Shown here: piece after piece, positions 8,876 through 18,265 of the stretch
Layout: every line of letters starts with the position of its first letter
Position numbering within the stretch: the stretch's first letter is position 1
NCBI GenBank assembly: GCA_036649035.1
Contig: JAVWCK010000001.1
Coordinates: 4,856-68,855, forward strand
DNA: 64,000 bases
Reading direction: 5' to 3'
Source: Raoultibacter sp.
GTDB taxonomy: Bacteria; Actinomycetota; Coriobacteriia; Coriobacteriales; Eggerthellaceae
Made by a program: the position numbers and the translations under genes
The notes under the pieces: model-generated
What the model saw: the letters and a program-made list of their open reading frames with translations, nothing else
The model's database searches: none
What the model was told of the DNA's origin: nothing

Positions 8876-9140
8876 ATCCGTCAAGAAGTGCTTTTTATCG
8901 GATGATGTACACTCCTATTTTTGAGCACGTGCACAAAAATTTTCTGATAAAAAAAGCGGCACCCGCTTGTCGTATGATTGCAAAGATAAAGACCCCTGCA
9001 AGAATTGTCAAGAATAATTTCGGTAATTCCTTTAATTTATAAGGAAATAATTCAGATTATGCATTTCCCCTTGTAAGGCGGAAGAGATAAATGTATTGGG
9101 CACATTATTGTGCAAGTGCCCAATTTTATCGTCACCTTCC

Positions 9141-10184
9141 CTAACAGGGAAGCAGCAACTGCGCTATCTGCACGGTATTGAGCGCCGCACCTTTACGAAT
9201 CTGGTCGGCAACGATCCAAAACGCCAAGCCATATTCAACCGTGGAATCGCAGCGCAGGCGGCCGACATAGGTCGCATCAGTGCCCGCCAAAAGACCGGGC
9301 ATCGGATAGACGTTGTTCACCGTATCATCCATAAGCATTATCCCCGGAGCGCTCGCCAGAGCCTCGCGTGCGGTCTCCACGGAAATCTCACGGGAAAATT
9401 CAACGTTTATCGATTCTCCATGGCAGCGCAACACGGGCACACGCACGCACGTAGCCGCCACTTCGATTGCGTCATCCCCCATGATCTTTTTGGTTTCCAC
9501 GACCATCTTCCATTCTTCTTTCGTGGAATCGTCTTCAAGAAACGTATCGATATGAGGAATGCAGTTGAAGGCAATCTGGTGCTGGAAGGATTTGACGGTC
9601 AACTCTTCACCCTCAAGAAATTCGCGGGTCTGATCGTAGAGCTCTGCCATCGCAGGAGCTCCAGCTCCGCTGGCCGCCTGATACGTGGAAACCACAACGC
9701 GTTTAATGGGGGCTATTTCATGGAGCGGCTGGAGAGCGACGACCATTTGGATGGTTGAGCAGTTGGGGTTGGCGATAACGCCGCTGTGCCACGCGATATC
9801 TTCCGGGTTGACCTCAGGTACCACCAAGGGCACATCCTCATCCATACGAAATGCGCTTGAGTTGTCTATCATGACCGCGCCAGCGGCAGTAACCGCTTCG
9901 CGCATGGCTCGAGAAAGGGAAGCTCCCGCAGAAAAAAGCGCAATATCCACCCCTTCAAACGAAGCGGGGGTCATTTCTTCCACAATCAAATCGCCCGCAG
10001 GCACCTGACCGCAGCCTAAAAACGGCAGCTTCTTGCCCGCCGAACGCGCCGATGCCAGCGCTCGCACTTCAGCTGCAGGAAAATCGAGGTCGTGTAAAAC
10101 CTGCAAGAATTCGTGTCCGACCGCACCCGTTGCGCCCGCAATAGCAACCACGGGATGAGCGGGCATTGTTTTATTCCAAGTCAT
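9141..10184 (-). CDS. asd: aspartate-semialdehyde dehydrogenase
   Basis: 347-aa ORF. It has an N-terminal VAIAGATGAVG Rossmann motif, the active-site NPNCSTI block and the SGAG block. Confidence 0.95.
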   Translation of the reverse strand: MTWNKTMPAHPVVAIAGATGAVGHEFLQVLHDLDFPAAEVRALASARSAGKKLPFLGCGQVPAGDLIVEEMTPASFEGVDIALFSAGASLSRAMREAVTAAGAVMIDNSSAFRMDEDVPLVVPEVNPEDIAWHSGVIANPNCSTIQMVVALQPLHEIAPIKRVVVSTYQAASGAGAPAMAELYDQTREFLEGEELTVKSFQHQIAFNCIPHIDTFLEDDSTKEEWKMVVETKKIMGDDAIEVAATCVRVPVLRCHGESINVEFSREISVETAREALASAPGIMLMDDTVNNVYPMPGLLAGTDATYVGRLRCDSTVEYGLAFWIVADQIRKGAALNTVQIAQLLLPC

Positions 10185-10199
10185 GATTTCTCCTTCGGC

Positions 10200-11507
10200 C
10201 TAACGGCCTTTGTTCATCTTAGCCGCAATTTCTTCTGCGGAAAGAGAGGTTTCCTCGAATACGCAATCGGAATCCAAACCGAAAGCCGTGTGAAGGCAGC
10301 GAACCGCCGCAGCCACCTGCCCCGCGTCGACAACGACCGAAAGGCGGATGGGGCTCGTGGAAATCAGCAAGATATTCACCTGATTTTCGGCAAGCGCCGA
10401 AAACGCCTTAGCGGCGACACCGGGACTCGATTTCATGCCGGTACCCACCAAGCTTACTTTGGCGATGCTTTCATCAACCAGGTACCCACGCGCCCCGATC
10501 GTTGGCAAAATGCGCTCAATCGTTTCACGAGCACACGCTAAATCGGCTCCAGGGCACGTGAAGGTGATGTCGGTTTTTCCCTCTTCGGAAATGTTCTGAA
10601 TAATCATATCAACGCTCACGCTATTGCCGGCAAGGGCCGAAAACACCTTAGCCGCTACCCCGAATTGGTCGGGCACATCACGCACGGTCACTTTCACTTC
10701 GGAAGTATCGTGTGCGATACCTGAAATCACCGCATTTTCCATGGAAGGTGTTGCCTCCTTGATAAACGTCCCCTGCGCATCAGAAAATGCGGAGCGGGAA
10801 TGGATAACCACTTTATAAGTGCGGGCGAACTCAACGGCGCGAGCCTGTAAAACGCCCGCTCCCGCCGAAGAAAGCTCAAGCATATCGTCATAGGAGATTT
10901 CATCGAGCTTGCGCGCGCACGGCGCAACGCGAGGGTCGGCCGTATAGATGCCGTCGACATCGGAATATATCTCACACACATCGGCATGCAACCCCCATGC
11001 CAACGCAACGGCCGTAGTATCGGATCCGCCCCGTCCGAGCGTGGTTATGTCGCCCGCACTGGAAAGACCCTGAAACCCCGCGACAACGGCAATCGCCCCC
11101 CGATCGAGCGCCTCTTTGATCCGCTGCGTTTCGATGTGCTCGATTTTCGCGCGCGAATAATTGCAGTCGGTTTCGATGCCCGCCTGCCACCCGGTAAAGC
11201 TTGCCGATTTATAGCCGCGTGCCTGAATCGACATGGCTAAAAGAGACATACTGACCTGTTCTCCCGTGGAAAGGAGCATGTCCATTTCTCGCGCCGGAGG
11301 ATCATCGTTGAGAGCGCGCGCCAACCCCAATAGTTCATCGGTGGTTTTACCCATCGCGGAAACAACGGCAACAACCTGGTTGCCCGCTTGCTTGGTGGCG
11401 ATGAGCCGCTTGGCGACCATCTGTATGCGATCCGGGGAGGCCACCGAAGTGCCACCGAATTTTGCAACGATCAATGCCATAGGTTTCTTCTCTTCAGTCC
11501 GAAACAA
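10200..11507 (-). CDS. lysC: aspartate kinase (with C-terminal ACT domains)
   Basis: 435-aa ORF. IVAKFGGTSV start, the VVVSAMGKTTDELL block and tandem ACT-like C-terminal repeats. It lies immediately upstream of asd. Confidence 0.95.
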   Translation of the reverse strand: MFRTEEKKPMALIVAKFGGTSVASPDRIQMVAKRLIATKQAGNQVVAVVSAMGKTTDELLGLARALNDDPPAREMDMLLSTGEQVSMSLLAMSIQARGYKSASFTGWQAGIETDCNYSRAKIEHIETQRIKEALDRGAIAVVAGFQGLSSAGDITTLGRGGSDTTAVALAWGLHADVCEIYSDVDGIYTADPRVAPCARKLDEISYDDMLELSSAGAGVLQARAVEFARTYKVVIHSRSAFSDAQGTFIKEATPSMENAVISGIAHDTSEVKVTVRDVPDQFGVAAKVFSALAGNSVSVDMIIQNISEEGKTDITFTCPGADLACARETIERILPTIGARGYLVDESIAKVSLVGTGMKSSPGVAAKAFSALAENQVNILLISTSPIRLSVVVDAGQVAAAVRCLHTAFGLDSDCVFEETSLSAEEIAAKMNKGR

Positions 11508-11519
11508 TACGTTTGGTCC

Positions 11520-12755
11520 CTATGATAGCAAACTTGGGCTTTTCTCTGCGGATTTTCCTTCAGGCATCTTCCACAAAAGCACGAAACCTATAACAAACAG
11601 CACGCCGACCGAAAGCACCCCAGCAGAAGGATTGCCCGTCAGCTGCGTGACAATCGAAACGAGCGCAGTGCCCATAACCGCTGCATACTTGCCGAAAATG
11701 TCGAAAAAGCCAAAGTACTCGTTGGCACGCTGTTTCGGGATGAGCTTGCCGAACTCGGAACGCGAAAGCGCCTGGATGCCCCCTTGGAACAGTCCCACGC
11801 AAATGGCGAGAATCCAGAACTCAACGGCGCTTTTTAATAAAAATGCCGCAAACAATGTGATGCAGCCATAGGCAAACACCGAAATGAGCAACATCTTCTT
11901 TGTGCCCACCTTGGTGGCGAAACGCCCATAGACAAGAGCGGAAGGAAAGGCAACGAACTGGGTGACCAGCAGCGCCAATACCAGCTGCACCGAATCGATG
12001 CCCAGATCCGTACCATAGCTGGTGGCCATCTTGATGATAGTGTGCACGCCATCGATGTAGAAGAAGAACGCGAGCATGAAAAAGAGCAAGCGCTTATCCT
12101 GGGCGATCGATTTGCACGTGCGCCCCAAACCGACGAAGGTTTCTTTAAAAAGATCGGCTCCGCGTTCCTTGAAGTGCCCCTGATGCACATTGCGGATAAG
12201 CGGGAAGGAAAAAGCCGCCCACCACAACGCCGTAATGATAAAAGCAATCTTCATGCCCAGCACCGCATCGATGCCCACTGCAGAACCGCCAAGCACCACG
12301 ATCAAACACGCGATAAACGGAATACAGGACCCGATATAACCCCAAGCGTAACCCTGCGACGAAACCTCATCGTAACGCGCCTCCGTGGTAGTATCCACCA
12401 AAAACGCATCATAAAACACCATCGACGAATTGAGGCTGACCGCAGCAAGTACGTAGATGATCAAAAACGGCAACGCCTGCGAAGGAATACCCAACGCCGC
12501 ACAGGCGACCACGCCCGTTCCGATAAAGCCGACTAAAAACTTCTTCTTATTGCCGCGAATGTCGGCCAGCGACCCCAAAATAGGCATGAGAACTGCAGCG
12601 ATAAGCGAAGCTATCGTTTCGGCGTAACCCCACGCCACCACAACCGACCCGGTAGCGATTGAAGAAAAATAGACCGGGATAAGCGCACTTGAAAGCAGGA
12701 CGAATGCGGAATTGCCCACGTCGTACTTGATCCAGCTTTTTTCTTGTTTCGTCAT
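11520..12755 (-). CDS. MFS transporter (UMF1/Atg22-like family)
   Basis: Multi-TM ORF. The track ORF extends to 12959, but the conserved N-terminus MTKQEKSWIKYDVGNSAF starts at the ATG at 12755. The longer form would overlap the divergent gene's upstream region. Confidence 0.8.
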   Translation of the reverse strand: MTKQEKSWIKYDVGNSAFVLLSSALIPVYFSSIATGSVVVAWGYAETIASLIAAVLMPILGSLADIRGNKKKFLVGFIGTGVVACAALGIPSQALPFLIIYVLAAVSLNSSMVFYDAFLVDTTTEARYDEVSSQGYAWGYIGSCIPFIACLIVVLGGSAVGIDAVLGMKIAFIITALWWAAFSFPLIRNVHQGHFKERGADLFKETFVGLGRTCKSIAQDKRLLFFMLAFFFYIDGVHTIIKMATSYGTDLGIDSVQLVLALLVTQFVAFPSALVYGRFATKVGTKKMLLISVFAYGCITLFAAFLLKSAVEFWILAICVGLFQGGIQALSRSEFGKLIPKQRANEYFGFFDIFGKYAAVMGTALVSIVTQLTGNPSAGVLSVGVLFVIGFVLLWKMPEGKSAEKSPSLLS

Positions 12756-12918
12756 TTTCTGTCGCGCCACAGGTCTTCCTTTCGCCAGCGCCCACTGCTC
12801 GATTTCGCGCGTTCGCGTTTTAGTTCGCGTTTTATGGTAAGGATAGTTTCCAAGCTCGTGTTCATTGTATATGATGTGCACCAAAGAGGTTTGTAAAGAA
12901 CGCGCAAAGGAGGCGACC

Positions 12919-13953
12919 ATGCCAGCAATCATGACACACGATTTTTTTGGCAAGGACATCTACGGAGAACTCTATACCACCATCGGGGGATCGAGAGATG
13001 AAAGCGAAGCCTTCCTTTTGGGCAACCAGGGGCCAGACCCCCTGTTCTATTCGATCATCAGCCCTCGCTTGAAAAAGTTTAATCGCCTCGGATCCACGAT
13101 GCACAATGAAAAACCGAGCGAACTCATCTTCGCCATGAAGCAGTCTCTTTCCGTGCTCGATGAAGACGAGGCCCCCATTGGGCGCGCCTACGCTTTAGGC
13201 TTTCTCTGTCACTACACCCTTGACTCCGCAATGCATCCCCTGGTCTTTTTCAATGAGTATCAGGCCTGCGATGCCGGGGTGGATGATTTAAGCCGCACCG
13301 ATGGCGGCGAAGTGCACGGCGTCATCGAAAGCGAATTCGACGAAATGGTGCTGTTTACCAAACGCGAGGAAACCATCACCACCTACGCACCAAGCGACAA
13401 TATACTGCATGCGACCGATTACGTGCTGTCCATTATCTCGAAAATGTACGCCTACCTTGCCGTGACCGTATATGGGCTGTTCATTCCTACGAATATGTTT
13501 GCTACTGCCGTGAAGGATTTCCGTGTTGCGCAAAATGTCTTTTATTCCCCCACAGGAACCAAGCGCAACCTCATCGCTTCGCTCGAAGAGCGCTTTCGCC
13601 GCTATTCGTTTTTCCGCAGCATGAGCCATCGCGTCATCGAGTTGAGGGAAAGCATCTTTGGAAACCACGCCAATGAACCCTGGGAAAACCCCTTCACGGG
13701 AGAAATAAGCACCGATAGCTTCTGGGATATATACGATCGCGCCTGCGCTACCGCCAAAGAAAATATCGCTGCGTTTTTATCGCCCGACTTTGATTTAAAG
13801 GCGGCGACCAAACTGACGGGTGATTTGGATTTCTCGGGTGAACCAACCGTGGCTCGCATCGTTGCCGAACAGCTGATTGAGCCCGACGAGGCAAACGCCG
13901 ACGAACCCTTTGCCGTCGATGCACCACCGACAAGTTCTGCACACCATGCTTGA
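12919..13953 (+). CDS. zinc-dependent phospholipase C-like family protein (function uncertain)
   Basis: The start is taken at MPAIMTHDFFG, preceded by an AAGGAGG Shine-Dalgarno. H-rich motifs (MTHDFF, GNQGPDPLFY, LCHYTLDSAMHPLV) resemble the Zn-PLC-like fold. The C-terminus is acidic and low-complexity. Confidence 0.5.
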   Translation: MPAIMTHDFFGKDIYGELYTTIGGSRDESEAFLLGNQGPDPLFYSIISPRLKKFNRLGSTMHNEKPSELIFAMKQSLSVLDEDEAPIGRAYALGFLCHYTLDSAMHPLVFFNEYQACDAGVDDLSRTDGGEVHGVIESEFDEMVLFTKREETITTYAPSDNILHATDYVLSIISKMYAYLAVTVYGLFIPTNMFATAVKDFRVAQNVFYSPTGTKRNLIASLEERFRRYSFFRSMSHRVIELRESIFGNHANEPWENPFTGEISTDSFWDIYDRACATAKENIAAFLSPDFDLKAATKLTGDLDFSGEPTVARIVAEQLIEPDEANADEPFAVDAPPTSSAHHA

Positions 13954-14776
13954 AGTCGTTCTCGCCATCCCGTTTTGGTTCGAACTTGCCGCTTCGATGG
14001 CCGGTGGCATCTCCGGCGCCATGAGCGCCGTGAAAGCAAAATTCGATATTTTCGGCACCATCTGCATCGCAGTGGTTTGCGGTCTTTTGGGTGGCGTCAT
14101 CCGCGATGTCCTGCTGCAAGATTACGGGATCTACGCGTTTCAAAAACCGACGCTTATCCTTTCCTGCGTTATCGCTGCCATCATCGTGTTCTATTTCGGC
14201 AAGCTGATAACCTATCTCGACCCCGTCGTTGACTTCCTTGATGCACTTTCGGTAGGGCTGTGGGCCGTTATCAGCGTCGGTAAGGGTCTTTCGGCCGGGC
14301 TCGACGTCATCCCTGCCGTCATTTTGGGCACCATAACCGCTGTGGGCGGCGGCATTGCACGAGACGTGCTTATGAACCGCGAGGTTGCCGTATTCCAGGC
14401 TGGGACGCTCTACGGCAGCGCTTCGCTTATCGGATCGATCGTCTTCGCCCTGATGAAGCAGAACCATATCCTGGAAAACTGGGCAGCACTGGGATGTGTG
14501 GCCATGGTGCTGTTTTTGCGCTATGCTTCCGAATTTTTCGGCTGGCACACCACCCCGCCGCGCGACTATAGCGATACCGTTGCCGAAATCGTCGCAAAAC
14601 CAGCGAAAGCCATCGCAAAAAAAAGCAAACCCCCCACCGAAGTGGGAGGCAAAGTAAAACGAACCCTCATGCGTCCGGTTAAGAAGCTCGACAAAACCGG
14701 CAATATCGGAGAACCTCTGGAAATAGAGACGATCAAACCCAAACCTAAAAGCAAGAAACACCGCACCGAAGAGTAG
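13946..14776 (+). CDS. trimeric intracellular cation channel (TRIC/UPF0126) family protein
   Basis: Two UPF0126 repeats with Gly-rich motifs (AGGISGAMSA and VGGGIARDVL). The start at MLEVVLAIPFW overlaps the previous stop by 8 nt. The C-terminal tail is Lys-rich. Confidence 0.8.
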   Translation: MLEVVLAIPFWFELAASMAGGISGAMSAVKAKFDIFGTICIAVVCGLLGGVIRDVLLQDYGIYAFQKPTLILSCVIAAIIVFYFGKLITYLDPVVDFLDALSVGLWAVISVGKGLSAGLDVIPAVILGTITAVGGGIARDVLMNREVAVFQAGTLYGSASLIGSIVFALMKQNHILENWAALGCVAMVLFLRYASEFFGWHTTPPRDYSDTVAEIVAKPAKAIAKKSKPPTEVGGKVKRTLMRPVKKLDKTGNIGEPLEIETIKPKPKSKKHRTEE

Positions 14777-14807
14777 CCGACACTCAACAGGATGCATCAA
14801 GAAAGTA

Positions 14808-15437
14808 TTACACGTTTTTCAAAAGAATAGAATTCATCATGTCGGCAGTATGCTCACAAGCGTCGCAGCATTTTTCCATGCGCTCATAGAGCTGCGACCA
14901 CACGATAACGCGCATTGGGTTTTCTTTATCGTCGGTATGCAGATGACGAAGCGTTTTCATGAAGAGAACATCGGCCTCTTCTTCATAGGTGTTCACATCG
15001 ATGAGCAGGTTCTTGAATTTCTTCGACTTTTTGAAATTGCGGAAATCGCCCATAGCCTTTTCAAGGGCTTCGCAGCTTTTCAGCATAATGCAGGCAAACT
15101 CACCTGCAGCATGATGCATCGTCTGCACGTCGTACATGTAAAAGCGCTGCATCACATCTTCAATATAATCGATTATTTCATCGAGATACTGGGCGAGTCC
15201 TAAAATGTCTTCGCGATCGATCGGGGGCATAAAATCGGTGGCAACCGCCGTGTAAATGCTATGGTTGATTTCATCCCCTTCATGTTCAAGATCGTGCGCG
15301 CGCTCCATGGCCTTGTTCAGTTCTTCGGCCACCGTAAAGCCCTTGATGGTTTCAACCAAAAGCGTGGCTTCTTGAACCGCAATGCTTGCCTGGTTTTCAA
15401 ACGCATCAAAATAGTCAAACCGATGCTTCTTGCCCAT
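14808..15437 (-). CDS. DUF47 family protein (PhoU-like accessory protein of PiT transporters)
   Basis: 209-aa all-helical ORF. The MGKKHRFDYFDAFENQ start and the HEGDEI motif are typical of DUF47/YkaA. It lies directly downstream of the PiT gene. Confidence 0.85.
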   Translation of the reverse strand: MGKKHRFDYFDAFENQASIAVQEATLLVETIKGFTVAEELNKAMERAHDLEHEGDEINHSIYTAVATDFMPPIDREDILGLAQYLDEIIDYIEDVMQRFYMYDVQTMHHAAGEFACIMLKSCEALEKAMGDFRNFKKSKKFKNLLIDVNTYEEEADVLFMKTLRHLHTDDKENPMRVIVWSQLYERMEKCCDACEHTADMMNSILLKNV

Positions 15438-15446
15438 GCTACCTCC

Positions 15447-16532
15447 CTAGGAAAACAGTAAGAATAACTTTGCGAACGCAAAACCCATCAGGCCGCACCC
15501 GGGAAACGTCAGTACCCACGTTTTCACCATGTCGCCTGCAATACTCCACTTGACAGCCTTCGTGCGCTTGGCAGCGCCCACACCCATGATGGCCGTCGTT
15601 TTCGTGTGCGTAGTGGAAACGGGCAGGCCACCGAAGGTGGCGAACAGCAGGCAGATAACCGCTGAAAAGCTTGCGGCGAATCCCTGATACTTTTCAAGCT
15701 TGACCATATCCATGCCCACGCTTTTGATGATCTTCTTTCCGCCGATGGCGGTACCGATACCCATGTTGAGCGCGCAGAAAATCATGAGCCACACCGGCAG
15801 TATCATCTGATCGGCTTGCCCAACGCCGGTTGCAAGCGTAATGGCCAACACGAAGATGCTCATGAACTTTTGGCCATCTTGCGCACCGTGCATGAACGCC
15901 ACGCCCGCACCCGCAACGATCTGAGCCCACTTGAAACCGTGGTCGAGCTTAACTCGGTCGAAGCGGCTAAATATTTTACCCACCGTTTTCGAGGTGACCC
16001 ACCCCAGACCGAATCCCATAAACGTGGAAAGTAAAATGCCATAGATAACCTTCATCCATTCGGCACCATTGATGCCGCCGAAACCCCCCTGCAACGCCAC
16101 TGCAGCGCCGGTAAGACCAGCTATAAGCGAGTGGGACTGACTGGTGGGAATGCCGAAATACCAGGCTACAGCGCCCCACACGATAATGGCGACCATAGCC
16201 GCCAAAAGAGCAAGCAACGCCTGGTGTTGATTCCCCCCGAAATCAACCATATGAAAAATAGTGGCGGCAACCGCTGAAGAAACAAGGGTGATGACCAAAA
16301 GGCCGAAGAAATTACAGATAGCCGCCATCGCAATGGCGGGTCCCGCCTTCATGCACCGCGTTGAAACGACGGTGGCGATGGCGTTGGGGGCATCGGTCGC
16401 CCCATTGACGATAATCACGCCGATGTTCAGCACGGTAACTGCCACCAACATCGGGTTGGAGAACAACTGCGCAAGAAACGTGGTCCACTCTATAGTCACG
16501 TGCTTCCCTTCAACAGTGCAACGAAAAATCAC
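15447..16532 (-). CDS. pit: inorganic phosphate transporter, PiT family
   Basis: Multi-TM ORF with the PiT signatures NGATDAPNAIATVVSTR and a second copy-like FMHGAQDGQK. The start is ambiguous. It could be the GTG at 16532, a GTG at 16499 preceded by GAAGGGAAG, or the ATG at 16451. Confidence 0.9.
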   Translation of the reverse strand: MIFRCTVEGKHVTIEWTTFLAQLFSNPMLVAVTVLNIGVIIVNGATDAPNAIATVVSTRCMKAGPAIAMAAICNFFGLLVITLVSSAVAATIFHMVDFGGNQHQALLALLAAMVAIIVWGAVAWYFGIPTSQSHSLIAGLTGAAVALQGGFGGINGAEWMKVIYGILLSTFMGFGLGWVTSKTVGKIFSRFDRVKLDHGFKWAQIVAGAGVAFMHGAQDGQKFMSIFVLAITLATGVGQADQMILPVWLMIFCALNMGIGTAIGGKKIIKSVGMDMVKLEKYQGFAASFSAVICLLFATFGGLPVSTTHTKTTAIMGVGAAKRTKAVKWSIAGDMVKTWVLTFPGCGLMGFAFAKLFLLFS

Positions 16533-16835
16533 CGAAATTAAAGTTTAACGCACCTTTTACAATACGCGAGGTGCATATCACTCATTTTAATGCGTTAAAG
16601 CCTTTCTGTGTCAAATCTAAGTAAAATTTTACCAAATAATAGCCGCCGTCCTTTCTTTTTAGCTGTTTTACACGACACCGCATCATCTTAAGACGGCAAA
16701 GAAAACCCTTTGCTTCACCTCGAGCAGCCGCAACAGCGCAACGCACGCAAAGAGAAACGCTGCCCGCATATTCGCAGACAGCGCTTCTCAAAAGCAAGGG
16801 TGAACGAATCGCGCCACCCTCTTTTACGTCTTACG

Positions 16836-17729
16836 CTACGAGCACACCACCAAAGGCAGTGCCGCCACCACGATCAAAAAGCGCAGCAAAAAGCCACCGA
16901 CAAGCACGCCGATATCGGAGGCCGCACTTAAGTAGTGAGCCTTTTTGCTTTCCTCGAACTCCTTAGGAGTAAAGAACAGCAGCCAGGTTTCAAGCGCGGT
17001 CGGCACAACCAGACCGATAAGCACCAATCCGATCCAGAACAACAAAGACCACGACCCGGCAATCAAGCTCATGACCGATGCAAACCCTGCAGAATTCACA
17101 TAACTTGTGATGAACATGAGCGACGTAAGCAACACAAGCTCGATGATGGGCAGGCAGAAGTGGAACTTTTTCAAAACGCCCACTTTGTTGAATTCCTCAG
17201 CATGACGAAACACCGAAATCAACAGCACGATAGCGGCACCGGCCGATATAGCCGACACCAAAAACAGGATGGGCAAAAGCGCATTGTTCCACAGCGGGAA
17301 CGTTTTAGCCACACCCAGCAACACGCCGGTGTAGATGGCGACACACAGGCCGAACACCACACCAACGATATCGAGCCACACCGGGACAGCCTTCTTCATG
17401 CGATCAAGCACAACCACCACGATCGACACGATAGCGAAAATAGCAAGAAATACAACACCCCAGGTCATAACTGAGTGCGGGTTGTGCAGCAGCAAAGCGA
17501 AGCGCAGCGGATTGTGCAGACCCGCTTCCGCATCGAACATCAGCAGCACCAGACCGATAATAATGGCAATCGGAGCCACCAGATGCCCGATTTTACGCAT
17601 GTTCACCGCTTCAGGATGTCTCCACCCCAAAAAAGCCGATGTCACAAACGCACCACCACCAAGACCAGCGAGGAACAGATACCAGGCGATGGATGCGCCC
17701 CAAATAGGTTCAAAAGACATTGTCATCAC
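16836..17729 (-). CDS. NrfD/PsrC-type polysulfide-reductase-like integral membrane quinol-interacting subunit
   Basis: 297-aa ORF with about 8 TM helices. Its start overlaps the stop of the upstream FeS subunit by 4 nt. It is the last gene of the molybdopterin operon. Confidence 0.85.
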   Translation of the reverse strand: MMTMSFEPIWGASIAWYLFLAGLGGGAFVTSAFLGWRHPEAVNMRKIGHLVAPIAIIIGLVLLMFDAEAGLHNPLRFALLLHNPHSVMTWGVVFLAIFAIVSIVVVVLDRMKKAVPVWLDIVGVVFGLCVAIYTGVLLGVAKTFPLWNNALLPILFLVSAISAGAAIVLLISVFRHAEEFNKVGVLKKFHFCLPIIELVLLTSLMFITSYVNSAGFASVMSLIAGSWSLLFWIGLVLIGLVVPTALETWLLFFTPKEFEESKKAHYLSAASDIGVLVGGFLLRFLIVVAALPLVVCS

Positions 17730-18265
17730 CTCACGTAGTAAATCTTGGATTTGGTCAAATCGCCCGCAAGGGGCTTCGCATTGTACTCGACGATAGCCTG
17801 AGCGATTTCACTGTTCGGGTCATCAAGGTCACCGAAGATGCGCGCACCCGTCAGGCAAGCCTCGACGCACGAACACGTCTTAGTGCCGTCAAGCGCGGAA
17901 ACGGTGCAGAAGCGGCATTTGTCCACAATGCCTTCCTTCTCGTTCACGACACGCACCTGGTAAGGACACGCAGCCATACAGTATTTGCAACCGATGCAGC
18001 GTCCATGATCGACGCCGACAACGCCATCATCATTGATGAACGTCGCACCCGTCGGGCACACCGCCGCACAGGGGGCGTCTTCGCAGTGCATGCACTGCAT
18101 CGGCACCGTTTCGATGCGTACGTTGGGATACGTTCCTATTTCGTGTTCTTCGTACTTGATGAAGGCTTCGGTAGGCAGCAAGTCGTTTTGACGTTGACAA
18201 GCCACACGACACGCATAGCACCCGATGCACTTCTTGGTATTGATCAACATTCCGTAACGGGCCAT
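17726..18265 (-). CDS. 4Fe-4S ferredoxin-type electron-transfer subunit (PsrB/DmsB-like)
   Basis: 179-aa ORF with four Cys groups: CIGCYACRVAC, CMHCEDAPCAAVCP, CIGCKYCMAACP and CRFC...CSCVEAC. Confidence 0.9.
   Translation of the reverse strand: MARYGMLINTKKCIGCYACRVACQRQNDLLPTEAFIKYEEHEIGTYPNVRIETVPMQCMHCEDAPCAAVCPTGATFINDDGVVGVDHGRCIGCKYCMAACPYQVRVVNEKEGIVDKCRFCTVSALDGTKTCSCVEACLTGARIFGDLDDPNSEIAQAIVEYNAKPLAGDLTKSKIYYVR

Noticed and set aside
8983-9011. Near-consensus minus-strand promoter TTGACA, 17 nt, TATCTT in the AT-rich spacer.
   Set aside because: The predicted start would be only about 10-30 nt upstream of the minus-strand terminator at 8947-8968. The pair cannot define a sensible transcript. 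In AT-rich DNA such hexamers occur by chance.
8902-9042. 46-codon ORF (MMYTPIFEHVHKNFLIKKAAPACRMIAKIKTPARIVKNNFGNSFNL) in the AT-rich spacer.
   Set aside because: It has no Shine-Dalgarno and its composition is dictated by AT-rich DNA. It spans a terminator hairpin and shows no recognisable motif.
12756-12918. Lysine (L-box) riboswitch upstream of the MFS-lysC-asd unit.
   Set aside because: The 163-nt interval is too short once a divergent promoter is accommodated. I could not find the conserved L-box elements. lysC itself has only a 12-nt gap from the MFS gene.
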